Of a DNA stretch of 64,000 bases, positions 13,001-24,661 are shown piece by piece (the first letter of the stretch is position 1; the number at the start of each line of letters is the position of its first letter). The position numbers and the translations under genes are program-made. The stretch covers positions 3,226,001-3,290,000 of the forward strand of contig NC_045698.1 in assembly GCF_009834535.1 (NCBI RefSeq). The letters are read 5' to 3'. A model generated the notes under the pieces. That model did no database searches. It was not told where the DNA came from and saw only the letters and a list, made by a program, of their open reading frames with translations. This DNA is from Camelus ferus. Its lineage: Eukaryota.

Positions 13001-14423
13001 AGCAATTTCCCATCATCAAATGCCATTCCTGTCAGATCTAAGAAAATCCTCCCACAGCATGGATTTCCGTGGGTTTGGGAGCAAATCGTACTTCAGACTG
13101 TACTGTCTTTTGCTCCAGTCAAGAATGACAGGAACTGTGCTAAACTGATGTAAGAACTACTAAAAATAAACACCTAACCCTAATAATGATAAAAGAAAAG
13201 TATTCACAGGTTGCTATGTCCCTCATCATTAACACTAGTATTTCACAAAAACGTCCTTACAGTCTATGATGTTAGCTGGAAGAAAAACATCCAGTGCTTA
13301 TGAATCACCCATCTTTATATTTGCATTTAATAATAGTTGAGTTCACTAAATTGGAATTTCTTCGTGCATTTTGAAGTGCTTTATTGTCCCTAGGCTCTCT
13401 TGTGGTTAAATGTGATTAAGTCAACCATGCAAGAAAGAGCCGTCCTTGGGCTTTAGGCATGGTAAGCCCTAAGACTATTCCAGAAAACCCTCTTTGTGAT
13501 TATTTACCAGTCGTCCCTTTTGTCTTTCCTCCCTTCCTCTCTCCCTCTCTTTCAACCTCCTGTCTGTTCTCCCTTCCTTTTTGTTCCCTTTTTATCTCTC
13601 CTCTTTTCTGTTAGTTCTAAGCACTCACTGTGTTTTTAAGCCACCACTCTATCAGTTATCTGTCAATCATCTGTCCATCGATCTCTCTATCTAGTCACAA
13701 GCTGGATGCCGAGGAGTTTACAAATATGAGTAAGACAGTAAGATGGAATCCTGGTAATGGGAATCTTGCAATGGGAAGGGGTGAAGAGGCCAGTATAGTA
13801 AGAGAGAAAGGTACTTTGCTTTTGCAAAAATACTCCCATCACCAGGAGGTTAAGTCACCTACTTGAGGTCAAAGTCCGAAAATGTACCTGTCAACTTGAT
13901 TTCTATGAAAGAGAGATCTTCCTTCAGAGGCCTCAGAAGTGTGTGTGCACACACGTCTAGTTCTGTGCCTGAACGGTCAGTGCTGCTGGACAGCGGCGTT
14001 ACTAACCCCATTTTCTCCTTGCTGCGGTCTGCTGGCAAGCACCAGCTCAGAGGCTGGATCCGAACCCGTGGCAGCCACCTTGCACTCCGTTTTCTCCTGT
14101 CCTTGGGAGACAATCAGGCAGCGTGACATCCACTAGGAGGTTATTCCCACACGTGTACCAACAACAGTCACAGATGCAGAAACAGCGTGTCGCTTCTGAG
14201 ACGTGGAACTAAGTGTGGACCAGACATAGAGTCCTGACTCAAGCGGGGTGGGGAACAGTGCTTCTGAGATGTCTTCCTATCGCTTTCGGAGTCATGGAGG
14301 CTCAGTGAAAGAGGTCATCATACGTTTTCCTTATTCACAAAAAAATATGAAGCAGCATTTAGACATTTTAGCTTTAAATATGAACTTTGTATTTAATTTA
14401 ATGTTTTTTAAAATAATAGTTAA

Positions 14424-15345
14424 TATTGTCACTTTTTTTTCTCTGTGAGCTACCACAAGATCTTGTATATATTTCCCTGTGCTATACAGTATAATCTTGT
14501 TTATCTATTCTGCATATGCTTGTCAGTATCTACAAATTTTGAAATCCCAGTCTGTCCCTTCCCACGCCCCGCACCCTTGGCAACAACAAGTTTGTATTCT
14601 ATGTCTACGAGTCTGTTTCTGTTTTGTATTTATGTTGTGTTTTTTTTTTAAGATTTCACATGTGAGCGATCTCATATGATATTTTTCTTTCACCTTCTGG
14701 CTTACTTCACTTAGAATGATATTCTCCAGGGACATCCATGTTGCTGCAAATGGCGTTACGTTGCCATTTTTATGGCTGAATAGTATTCCATTGTGTAAAT
14801 ATACCACCTCTTCTTTATCTAGTCATCTGCTGATAGACATTTAGGCTGTTTCCATGTCTTGGCTATTGTGAATAGTGCTGCTATGAACATTGGGGTGCAG
14901 GTGTCTTTTTGAAGTAGGGTTCCTTCTGGATATATGTCCAGGAGTAGGATTCCTGGGTCATATGGTAAGTCTATTCCTAGTCTTTTGAGGAATCTCCATA
15001 CTGTCTTCCACAGTGTCTGCACTAACCTGCATTCGCACCAGCAGTGTAGAAGGGTTCCCTTTCCTTCACAGCCTCTCCAGCATTTGTCATTTGTGGACTT
15101 TTGAATGATGGCCATTCTGACTGGTGTGAGGTGATACCTCATCGTAGTTTTGATTTGCATTTCTCTGATAACTAGTGATATTGAGCATTTTTTCATGTGC
15201 CTATTGATCATTTGTATTTCTTCTTTGGAAAACCAAAGTGACTATGAATATATGTATGTTCATGTGTAACTGAAAAATTGTGCTCTACACTGGAATTTGA
15301 CACAACATTATAAAGTGACTATAACTCAATAAAAAAAAGTTAAAA
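14424..15345 (+). mobile_element. Young lineage L1, 5'-truncated with a large 5' inversion (twin priming)
   Basis: 14424-~15229 is antisense L1 ORF2 C-terminus/3' UTR (ORF 14819-15211: [56 protein letters not shown]). ~15236-15345 is the sense 3' terminus with AATAAA and an A-rich tail. Confidence 0.92.
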
Positions 15346-15589
15346 AATAGTAAATAAATAAATGACAATTTATTAAGAAGGCTTGTTTTTTCCAACAAAA
15401 TGAATAAAAGAAGGTCAAAACCTGATTTTCCATTCTGGTGAAGGTGCAGAAGGTGGCCTTGCTTGCACAGCACTTAGTACATAGTCGTTTGGGAGATCAA
15501 TTGGAAACGTATCAAAATTTCGCTTTCATCTCCCATTCCCACCACTCTTAGTTCTGATAAAGCTAAATGGATTATGTTTGTACTCCATA

Positions 15590-15678
15590 AAGAAGAAAGG
15601 AAGGAAGGGAGGAAAGAAGGAAGGAACGAAGGAAGGAAGGAAGGAAGGAAGGAAGAAAGGAAGGAAGGAAGGAAGGAA
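15590..15678. repeat. (GAAG)n microsatellite
   Basis: Directly visible imperfect GGAA/GAAG tandem array. Confidence 0.95.
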
Positions 15679-15976
15679 AAAAGATATGTGAGAGAAAGTC
15701 CCAGGGGCAGCTAATTATGTTCTGGCTGTTAAGCAAGATTTCTGCGATGGTGACACTTGAGCTGTGTCTTGTGTGATCTGAAAAGGATGCAGCCTTGTCA
15801 GGACCTGTAGTGGGGCTTTCCAGCTGGAGGAATAGCAAACACAAAGGCTGATGATAAGAACAAAAGAGATGCTGGTATGACCAGAACCTGGTGAACAAGA
15901 GTTATACAACAGGACATGAAAGGGGCAGGCAGGAGCTGTGGTGAGGAGTTTAGATTCAACTCTAAGGGCAACAGGA

Positions 15977-16341
15977 CCTAAACAACAGAAATGTGTTTTT
16001 TCTCACAGTTTTGAAGCCTAGAAGTCCAAGATCCGGGCTCCGGATGATTTGGTTTCTGGTGAGAACTCTCTTCCCGGCTTACAGGTAACTCCCTTCTCCC
16101 TGTGTCCTCACATGGCCTTTCTCAGTGGGTAGAAAAGACAGAAACAGAGACAGAGAGCTTCCGGTGTCTCTTCTTATAAGGACAGTAATCCTATCAGGAC
16201 TCCTTACTTATCTCCTCATTTAACCTTAACTACTTCCTCAGAGAATCTAGCTCCAAATACAGGCACACTGGAGGTGAAGACTTCAACCTTCAAGTTTGTT
16301 GGCAGGGTGGCAGGAGCAGGGACACCATTCAGTCCATAGCA
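15977..16341 (-). mobile_element. MaLR LTR, MLT1A-like
   Basis: 'aacaacagaaatg..tctcacagttttgaagcctagaagtccaagatc...ctgtgtcctcacatggcc...ttcagtccatagca' is an antisense MLT1 LTR. Confidence 0.85.
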
Positions 16342-16769
16342 GCAAGTTTTCCATTCTTCATTCACTCAAAAATGTTATCAACCATCCATAATCATTGTCT
16401 GCAATCAATACTGTAAATAGTATTATAAAATAATTTTTAATTATGTTGTTTTGCATATTTATGAGCTGGAAATTCTTAAAGAACACTTCATGTTAAAGAT
16501 AGCATTGGTTTTAAGGAGAGATAAAGTTGCTCTGCAGGTAGAAGCTGCATGTAAACAAGAGGGGGCAATGCTGACTTTTCCACCCTCAGCATCCCATTCC
16601 TGTCATAAGTGTTCCCGTGTCACAGCTGAGTCAGTCAGGCCGATGACTAGCTTTCCTTCTGGTGATATCCAGGCCTCCTCCATGCTTCCATCTGAACCAT
16701 TTTCACTCAGCCTGAGGGTCTTCCTTTAGAACCTCCAACAGTGCAGGTATGCTGGAGGAGGTGTGTGTC

Positions 16770-17430
16770 TGAGACATTTACCTTGCTCTTCAGTTCTGAA
16801 GGAAGTCTGCTGGGTATAGAATAATAGGTTGGTAGATTTCTGCTTCTTTTCCTTCACTGTTTTAAAGATGTTATTCCCTTGTCTTCTGGATTCTATTGTT
16901 TCTGTTCAGAAGTAAGCTGTCATTCTTATTCTTTAGTTGAAGGATATGTGTTTTTTATATGTGTGTGTATATATATATATAGCCTACTTATATGTATATA
17001 TATATATATAGCCTACTTATCTGTTCATCTCTGAATTTTAGGTTTAACTTTTATATGCTTAGATTTACTTTCTATTCATTCAGCTTAGGTTCACTGAACT
17101 TCTTGCCTCTGTGGGTTGATATCTTTCAGATGATTTAGAAATTGTTGAATGTTTTAGGTGTCCTTGTTTTCAAATGGTGCTTGCGTTGCATTCTCGTCCT
17201 TCTCTCTGAGAACCTAAATACACATTGGCTAGGCTTATTCATAGCCCACATTTCTTTTATGTTTCCTACTTTCAGTTAATTTTTGTATCTGCAATTTAAT
17301 TTGAATATTTTCTATTGAATTATCTACAAGTATACTAACCTGTCTTTTACTGAGTCCTGTGTATTCTGCAGCCACCAATGAGTTATTAATTTAGTTATGT
17401 ATTTTGTACTAAAAAATGTTTGTTAATTTT
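16770..17430 (-). mobile_element. Ancient L1 (L1ME-like) ORF1 region, antisense
   Basis: 'gctgggtatagaataataggttgg...ttaaagatgttattcccttgtcttctgg...gaagtaagctgtcattcttatt' is typical antisense L1M ORF1. Confidence 0.7.
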
Positions 17431-17649
17431 TACTTATAGTTGTTTAACCATTTTTTTCTCGTTCAAAGATTTGGACTTCAAACTTATTTCACCTAAGGTA
17501 GTTTGTTATTCATGCTGACACTATTCCTTTCTTCTGTTTGACATTTTTTTACCCAACTTGTTCCAAATTTTTTTTTCCTTCTTCCTCTCCCTCATCCTCC
17601 TTCTCTTCCTCCTCTTCCTCTGTTTGGAGGTAGGGTATGCTTATGTGTG

Positions 17650-18900
17650 CTAATTTAGCTGGATTTTTAAGGTCCAAAATGGCAATCTATATAATTTTAT
17701 AAGAATATAACATTTGCATTTTATTTTGCTTATTTAGTTTAATTTCTGACATCTATTTGGTTTGTTTCTTTCTTTTCTAATCTTTTCCCATTTTTCTTTC
17801 CCATTTTTTTTCCAGCAGTTTTTGGATTCTCTTCCATCCTTCTTTTCCCTCCCCCGTACATTAATTGGGAAATTCAATTATGATTTTCTTCTCTGAATAA
17901 CCCACGCCTCTAAGAATAACTATTCTACTGATATTTCTTTTTCATAAAGTATAAAAATAGCAACTACACTTTCACACTGAGGTGTTTTTCTTGTCTGCTT
18001 ACTCTTTATTCTTAGATAAGAACTTTAGTGTTTGTGCTTTTCTCTTCTTTCAGTGTCACAGACATACCGCCTTTGGTTTTCTGATAATTTACAGTTTAGA
18101 ATTCTGGGACTGTATCCTTTAATGTTAACAGTCTTTATGTATTACTAAAATTACAATCCCAAGTTGCATTCTTATTATTAGTTGAGTTATATTTTATACC
18201 ATGCTAACTGCTTTCTTATTATTATTTCCTTCTTATTCAATCTTGCTCTATCTTACTCTTTTCTCTGATTAAATGCTTTTGGTTAGACTACTTTTTGAAA
18301 GAATTTGTTCAACTAGAAAACATGAACATACTACTTTCTGAATCTTTGCATATCTTAAAATATCAAAAATGTTCTTGCTTCTGAATGATGGCATCATTTG
18401 ATATAGTATTACTGAAAAACACTCATTTTCTAACAAAAACTACATACAGTCCAAACATATCTAGATTCCACTATACCACACAAAGTGTCTGATAACATTT
18501 GGATCCTATTTATTTTTTAAATAAAATATCTATTTAAAAATAATAATAAGGCAAACTTTGGTGTTTTATTTTTTCCATTGGAGTGTAGGAAACCCTTTAG
18601 GAAATGTACAAATATATTTCTTTATTAATATTTCGTTGTAATTAGAATGACTTCTTAATCGTAGAACAAAAGTTTCTTTTTTTCAACTCAGGCATTTTAC
18701 ATTGTTATTTTTCCTCCATTTTTAATTTTTTTCTCCTTCCATCCCTAGAACTCCTGGAATATTTTAAATTTTCATTACATGCCCTGCCAGTGTTTCAACT
18801 TTATGCTAGTAATTCCAATTCTTTGTAATTTTTGCTTCATTTCATTGACAAATAATTTTCGTTTACTATTACAAAAAACATAATTTAGTTATTTCTAGAA
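17650..18900 (-). mobile_element. Highly decayed HAL1/L1ME-like sequence
   Basis: T-rich; 'tttctgaatctttgcatatc..aaaatatc..gatatagtatt' resembles antisense HAL1/L1M ORF1. Boundaries uncertain. Confidence 0.4.
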
Positions 18901-19059
18901 AATTGTGTTGCCATCTCATAGACTTCAGAGCAGCCTTGGCTGATGTCAGGACAGGGAGATAGTGCCCACATGTGGCATCTCAGGCAGGGTCAGAGCTTAC
19001 ATGTCAGGTGAAAGAGAAGAACGAATAACAAAGTATCAGGTCAAGACTTGGATTACAAT

Positions 19060-19380
19060 CGAGAAGCAAGGCAGGCTTAGCATGGCTTTCAAATCTCCTT
19101 CTAAGTGACATTTCCTCAAATAGGTTATCCTGAGCCTCCAGTCTTTCTTAGGGACATTGCCAACAATTTCACAACACAGTGTACATCCTTCTGTAGTACT
19201 TGCTGTAACAGTTGTTGAAAATGAGTTGTGTGATTGTGGAATAACTTCCAAGTGGACTCAGGCTCTTTGAAATCAAGGCTAGTGTGTGCTGTCCAGCATT
19301 GGGTCTCCCATCCCCAAAATAACAGACTCAACATAAATATTTGTTGAATGAAAGGACGAGTGAATAAATGAATGGTTGGA
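19060..19380 (+). mobile_element. L2 3' fragment
   Basis: Ends 'ctcaacataaatatttgttgaatgaa..gaataaatgaatg', the L2 3' tail. Confidence 0.65.
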
Positions 19381-20024
19381 TGACTGTATCCAACATAAGC
19401 AGCTTGACTATCCACTTGGGAAGCTTTTTGTTTGGCTGGGAATTGAACTTGCATCCCCCAGATACAGGCCTTTCTTTGCTCTGGACCAAGGCCTGATAGA
19501 GACCTCTGACCTCGAAGGCGTCTAATGCCAGTACCTTGCCTAGGGTCACTTAGGCAAATGTAGGTCTGAACATTCATTAATTCAGGGAAGATCCCAGGTG
19601 TGTTTGTTGTTGGTGAAGGAGAGTTGTCACTAGGTGGCTAGCCTGCTACTCCAATGCCTTCATTCTCTCAGCCCCACAGCGTGAAAAAACTGTTAGGGTG
19701 TCACATCCAGCCTGATGAGCAGACAATCTCCCTGACTGTGTTCAAAAGGGACTGGATGCAGCACACCCCACCAAGTAGGGGGCCGCTCAGGAAAGTGCAC
19801 ACACATCCTCGCTGGAGAAGGACCAGACTCATCACTGATTGCACCACACTGCGCACAACCAGAGCTCAGGTGGTCAGTCTTTCTCTGTGCAGGCTCAGCA
19901 AAGGGCAATAGAGCCATCAGATAGTAGGTTTTAACAAGGCAGGTGAAGTCACATAAGTTTTGCATTCATTTACTCAAGAATGAAGGTGGAGACTCTAAAA
20001 ATGAAGTATTTCAGCAGAAATGTA

Positions 20025-20150
20025 CATGAAAAGTTAAGTGAGGAAGAATATTCTATGCACAAAGAAGGGTCAATGCAAAGATGCAAAGACAGCAAGATGG
20101 GATCCTGTTGGTGAGGTCTGAGGAACCACAGGGAGACCAGGCTGGGGGGA
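20025..20150 (-). mobile_element. L2 fragment, antisense
   Basis: 'ggaagaatattctatgcacaaagaagg..tgcaaagatgcaaag..tgaggaaccacagggagaccaggctgg' resembles antisense L2. Confidence 0.5.
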
Positions 20151-20519
20151 GATATGTAACTTATAATGCACCTCTTTACTGTTTTGTTTTGTTTTGTTTC
20201 TCTACATCTTTGCTAAGCTCCTAGACTTAAGAGACATACAGAGCTCCCTAAAGAAGATTTCTGCTTCTACGGGGACATGTGGCAGCTGGGATAGTGCTTC
20301 ACTTCTCTTTTGAATCTTGAAGGTGAAAAGGTGAGCAGAAACTAGCAACTCAGTATTAAACATGGGAGATGTTTATGGTCCTCTCCCAAAGTAGCGTGGC
20401 TCCCCTAAAACCTGCCAGATGTAAACTCACAGGGGCAGGCAGGTCTAGAGTCCCTGAGCTCTTTCTCAGTGTAACAAGGAGCACATTTTATTTTAATAGG
20501 TTTTGATTCATATTCAACC

Positions 20520-21350
20520 TTTGTTTAGTCCAGGACTGATCATGAAGTTGCTTGCACCATCAAATCAGCCTTTGCATAAGACTGAGAACCACAAAGAGCG
20601 AGAAAGGCCGAAAGGAGGGGATGTCTAATAACCCCATAAAGGAACTTTGATAAGGGCACAACATCCATCAAGCTGTCACCAATCTTACGGTTAACACAGA
20701 GTTTGAAAATGTCTTCAATAAAATTTGAAATAAAAAATGTGGTTCTCAGAACACATTTCAACACATCAACATTCTTCAGGATTTCATCAGTGGTTATTAC
20801 TACTGTGTCTGCAACAGGGAAATCTGCTTAAGAATGTGCCACCACAGTGAATTCCAAGAAGTTCTGAAGACTTAGTGTGGCAGAAACTGGTCTGATGAAA
20901 GATTTTAGGTATGTGCTAATGTCAAAGGAAGTATCGGTACAATAAAATAAATAGCTAATTATGTATTTTTACAAATTACTCGTATGATAGTAGTGCAGTT
21001 TATTATACAAATCATATTAAACAATAATATTGAGAGAGATGAAGTCCAGGTGGTCAGCAGCCACTGAGAGTGGAATCAGTTTGATGAAAAAATGGGCAGT
21101 AGAATTTCTGAGAAAATCAGAAAAAAAAATGTCTGAATCAGTTCAGGATTTAAGTTAAAAGGTGGAAAAATAACCACATATAACAACATAATTCCAGAAA
21201 AGTTACTGGACTGATCTCAGAAACTTAACAATTAGGCTAAGTCTTCACTATTCAATAGTTGCAAGTTGATCAAGAATAATAGATGTGAGGGCTCTTATTT
21301 ACATCACAGTGCTCAGCAAAGACTGAGCACACATTTTGTCCCCAACGATG
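20520..21350 (+). mobile_element. Probable fossil hAT-Charlie transposase coding sequence (very degenerate, internally deleted)
   Basis: Across frameshifts, translation gives ordered motifs: LVQD*S...QISLCIR (~LALDES..QLxxFIR), PHKGT..GHNIHQAV (~PLKGTTTGxDIFxAV), HISTHQH (~HCIIHQ), HHSEFQEVL (~NHRQFQxFL), LRNLTIRL, and IKNNR...LHHSAQQRLSTHFVPND (~C-terminal dimerisation region). Confidence 0.55.
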
Positions 21351-22125
21351 TACCTGTTCCGCCAATGGTATTGGTTCTGGAGTTGCTGGGCTGCAGGGTG
21401 TTGGAGATCTACCACCTTGTGCCCCTGATAGCTCTCCTTGAAACGTATCTTTGAATCAGGACACATACAGCGATTCACAGGTTGTAGACTCAAGGGGTTT
21501 AATCAGAAACTACAAGAGGTGAGGCGTGAATGTTAATTGGGGGACTTCTTCTGGCCAGTTTGAAGAGCAGAGCTCTGCTGTGGCCTGCAGAAGAGGTAGG
21601 TATAAAACAAACTGGTGACAAACAGCACTGTTCTAAAACCACGGAGTCAGTGACTAAAACCTCCAGCCAATGAAAAAAACTCCTCTTGGACAGCAGATCA
21701 TATTGGATTTTCAATCCATACATAAACTGGACAGACCACCAAGTGGTCAAGGAACATTGTATTCATGCTGAGATGATTCAGAGCCCAAAGAAGCCTTTAG
21801 GAGGTGGGGAATCTCACTTTTGGCAAGTTTGATAACAGACCACACTTGAACACTGTGACGAGAGAAATGTAAGTGGACCAGATCAATTCTGACACACTTC
21901 ATGTCAGGAAGGTTCGACTGAGGGTTGACTGGAACAACTGGAAGATATAAGAGGAAAAAATGTCTCAGAAAAGATAGAAGAGACTGACTCCATATAGCGT
22001 AAATTTATGAACCCACATCCGTAAAGTGCTCAATACCAGGTCACAGGCTGGGTTTTGGACACCAAAGCTGTGCGTTGGCCTAATTCATAGAGCAAATCTC
22101 TCAACATCTTACAAAATCCCAGGTA

Positions 22126-22680
22126 TTTTTAAATAGCTGTATTGAGATAAAATTCACATACTGTACAAGTCACCCACTTAAAGTATATAATTCAATGGTT
22201 TTTAGTGTATTCACAAAATCGGTGACCATCACCAGAATAGGTCTCCTTTACTGAACATTATACTGTCAAGTTTCACCCATAGTGTAGCTGTATCTGTATG
22301 TCAATATTTTTGCTGTCAGATGAAATTGCATTGTACGCATATACCACTTCTGTTTATCCACTCACCGGGTGATAGACACTTGGGTTGTTTCCATTGTCAG
22401 ATAATTTAATACTGCTAACTCTGTTTAAGTACAAGTTTCCTGTGTACATATGTTGTTATCTCTCGAGTAAATCCTGGAAGTCAAATTCCTGGATCATACG
22501 TTAACTCCATGAGTAAGATTTTAAGGAACTACCAAATTGTTTTAATAAGTGGCTCCACTCTTCTGTATTCTCACAATTTAATTCTGGGGGTTATTATCTC
22601 TTCATCTCCTCACCAACACATGTTACTGTCTTTTTCATCATATTCATCAGAGTGAGAATTTCACTGTGATTTTGCTTTTC
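22126..22680 (-). mobile_element. Old L1 (L1MB/L1ME-like) 3' end, antisense
   Basis: 'aatagctgtattgagataaaattcacatac..cacccacttaaagtatataattcaatggtttttagt' followed by antisense ORF2 C-terminal sequence. Confidence 0.8.
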
Positions 22681-22699
22681 ATGACCATTTATTGAGACA

Positions 22700-24380
22700 T
22701 ATCAACATAACTTACTTAAATTATTTAAATATTGTTTTCCTTTAATTCTTTGAACATATACACCAAAGCTTTATTGAAGTCTGTCTCCTAAGTCCAACAT
22801 CTGAGCCCTCTCAAAGGCAGTCTCCTTTGTCTCTCTCTCTCTTTTTTTTTTTTTTTCTGGTATGTATAGATCACATTTTAGTGTTTCTTTGCGTGGATTG
22901 TAATATTTTGTTGTTATTAAAAGCTAGACATATTATATGATCTGTTGTCACAACTCTGGATAAGGATTCCTTCCTAGGGCTTCTTTTTGTTGCTGTTGTT
23001 TGTCTTCTTCAGGTTTATTTGTCTGGGGGATGGCTGGACTAATTCAGTAGTATCTTTCTTTCACAGCCTGCTGTTTCTGGTGATGCTCCTGAGTTTGCAA
23101 CTTTGGATGAATGCCAAGTCTTTCTTCCCACCGAGGATAACTATGCTTTCAACTGAGCCCTGCTGAGTGGCTTTTTCCCCGATCTCTTAACTAAGCTTCT
23201 GCCTCACCTGCCTCTGTTGGCATCGCACTAAGCTGTTAGCCTCTACTAATTGCTACGTGTCTACTAGCTGTTTTAAACAATGCCCTGTGACATAAGTTGC
23301 TCCATGGCCCAAATCTGAGGTCCATTAAAAGGCAGGGTGTTGCCCATTCTTGATGCTTTCTCAGCCCCTCGGGGTTTTTCTTGGCCACCTCATCCCTTGC
23401 TCTCTCTGTTAAACTTCTATTGGTTGACTTTTTTTTCCTGTTGCTACTGATGCCTCAACAGTTCACTGCCAAGATCTCTATTGTTTTCAATAAAACCTTT
23501 AAGCATGAACTTCCCCAGAGTCTGTTCCAAGTGCAAATGAAGTCATCCCATTTACAGAGAGCTTATAAAGCTTTCTTTTCTTACGGCCTTCTTACCTTCT
23601 CCACAGAATCTCTACATCATTGCACTGGGGCTGTGGACAGAGACAGTGGTCCACCCTCTCCAGAGTGGACTTCCTGCTATACAGGATGAGGGCTGGGCAG
23701 GAACAGTAGCCTTGGCCTCTTGGTTTGCCTATCCTAGCACTGAACCTGGGTTAAGGGGTCAGAGGCCAGAATTCTTGACATTCTGTATCAAGGTTGAGGC
23801 TGGTTAGAGGAAAGACCCTCCAGTCCAATAGGCTGTACCTATTTTTTTGGGGGGGGAGGAGAGGGAGGTGGTTAGGTTCATTTATTTACTCATTTATTTA
23901 TTTAATGGAGGGACTGGAGGTGGAACCCAGGACCTCGTGCATGCTAAGCACGGTCTCTACCACTGAGCTATACCCTCATCCAACCCTGTACCTTCTTAAT
24001 ACACAGCTTCTATGTCATGAAGCAGCACAGAATGAGATATGAGAATGGTTCCCCTCTTTCAAAAGAAACCATAGCTCTAGACTGGGATTCCAGACTGGGA
24101 AAGTTAGCCCCATTTTCTTGGCCATAAACACTTGGAGTATAGCTTCCATTACACCAAGATGGAAAGGAAGACGGGAGAGGGTCATGGCTCAACTGCCAAA
24201 GACTCACTGTTTTTATTGAGATGTAGATTTTCTTAAATAAGTGTTTCTCCATTTGCTGTATACCTTTATAACAATTTCCAGATACTTCAATATTTTTTCG
24301 TAACTGTCACCAATTAAATGGACGTTTCAATGATGAGAAAATCCATTAGCTTTCTCTCACTGCAGTTCCAGGGTGGCAAT
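22700..24380 (-). mobile_element. Old L1 5'/ORF1 region (L1M4/L1MEc-like), antisense, interrupted by a SINE
   Basis: 'tttaattctttgaacatat..gctttattgaagtctgtc..aagtccaacatctg' and 'tttattgagatgtagattttcttaaataagtgtttctccatttgctg' resemble old L1 5' ends. Confidence 0.6.
23841..23985 (-). mobile_element. tRNA-derived SINE, camelid Vic-1 type
   Basis: Antisense of 'gagggtatagctcagtggtagag..gcttagcatgcacgaggtcctgggttc' with an AT-rich/C-rich tail. Flanking direct repeat ctgtacct at 23833-23840 and 23986-23993. Same family as the copy at 43078. Confidence 0.88.
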
Positions 24381-24615
24381 TTCAAGTTTTTTTTTTTTTT
24401 TTTTTGGAAAGAGAAATTAAATTTGAAAAGCTCGCTTGAGAACAGCTTTGTGTAATCCAGAATCAGTGCGCTGAAACTATTATGAAAACCCCAGTTGTTC
24501 ACTTTGTGAAAGAGAACTACAGCAAAATGTACTTAGAATTTATCTTCATGCCTGAAAGCCACAGTTACATATGGTGTTGGCCCTTAGAAACGCCATAATA
24601 TTTTTGATACCTGTG

Positions 24616-24661
24616 ATTGTAAACTGACTATAACTCAATAAAATAAAATTTAAAAAAAAAA
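24616..24661 (+). mobile_element. Very short L1 3'-tail insertion
   Basis: 'attgtaaactgactataactcaataaaataaaatttaaaaaaaaaa' matches the L1 terminus seen at 15310-15345. No clear TSD. Confidence 0.6.

Noticed and set aside
14819..15211. 130-aa ORF with Cys-rich motif
   Set aside because: It is the L1 ORF2p C-terminal fragment in a truncated, inverted insertion, not a host gene.
16966..17020. ~27-bp tandem duplication containing (TA)n and agcctacttat
   Set aside because: Ordinary slippage duplication at a microsatellite inside an old L1.
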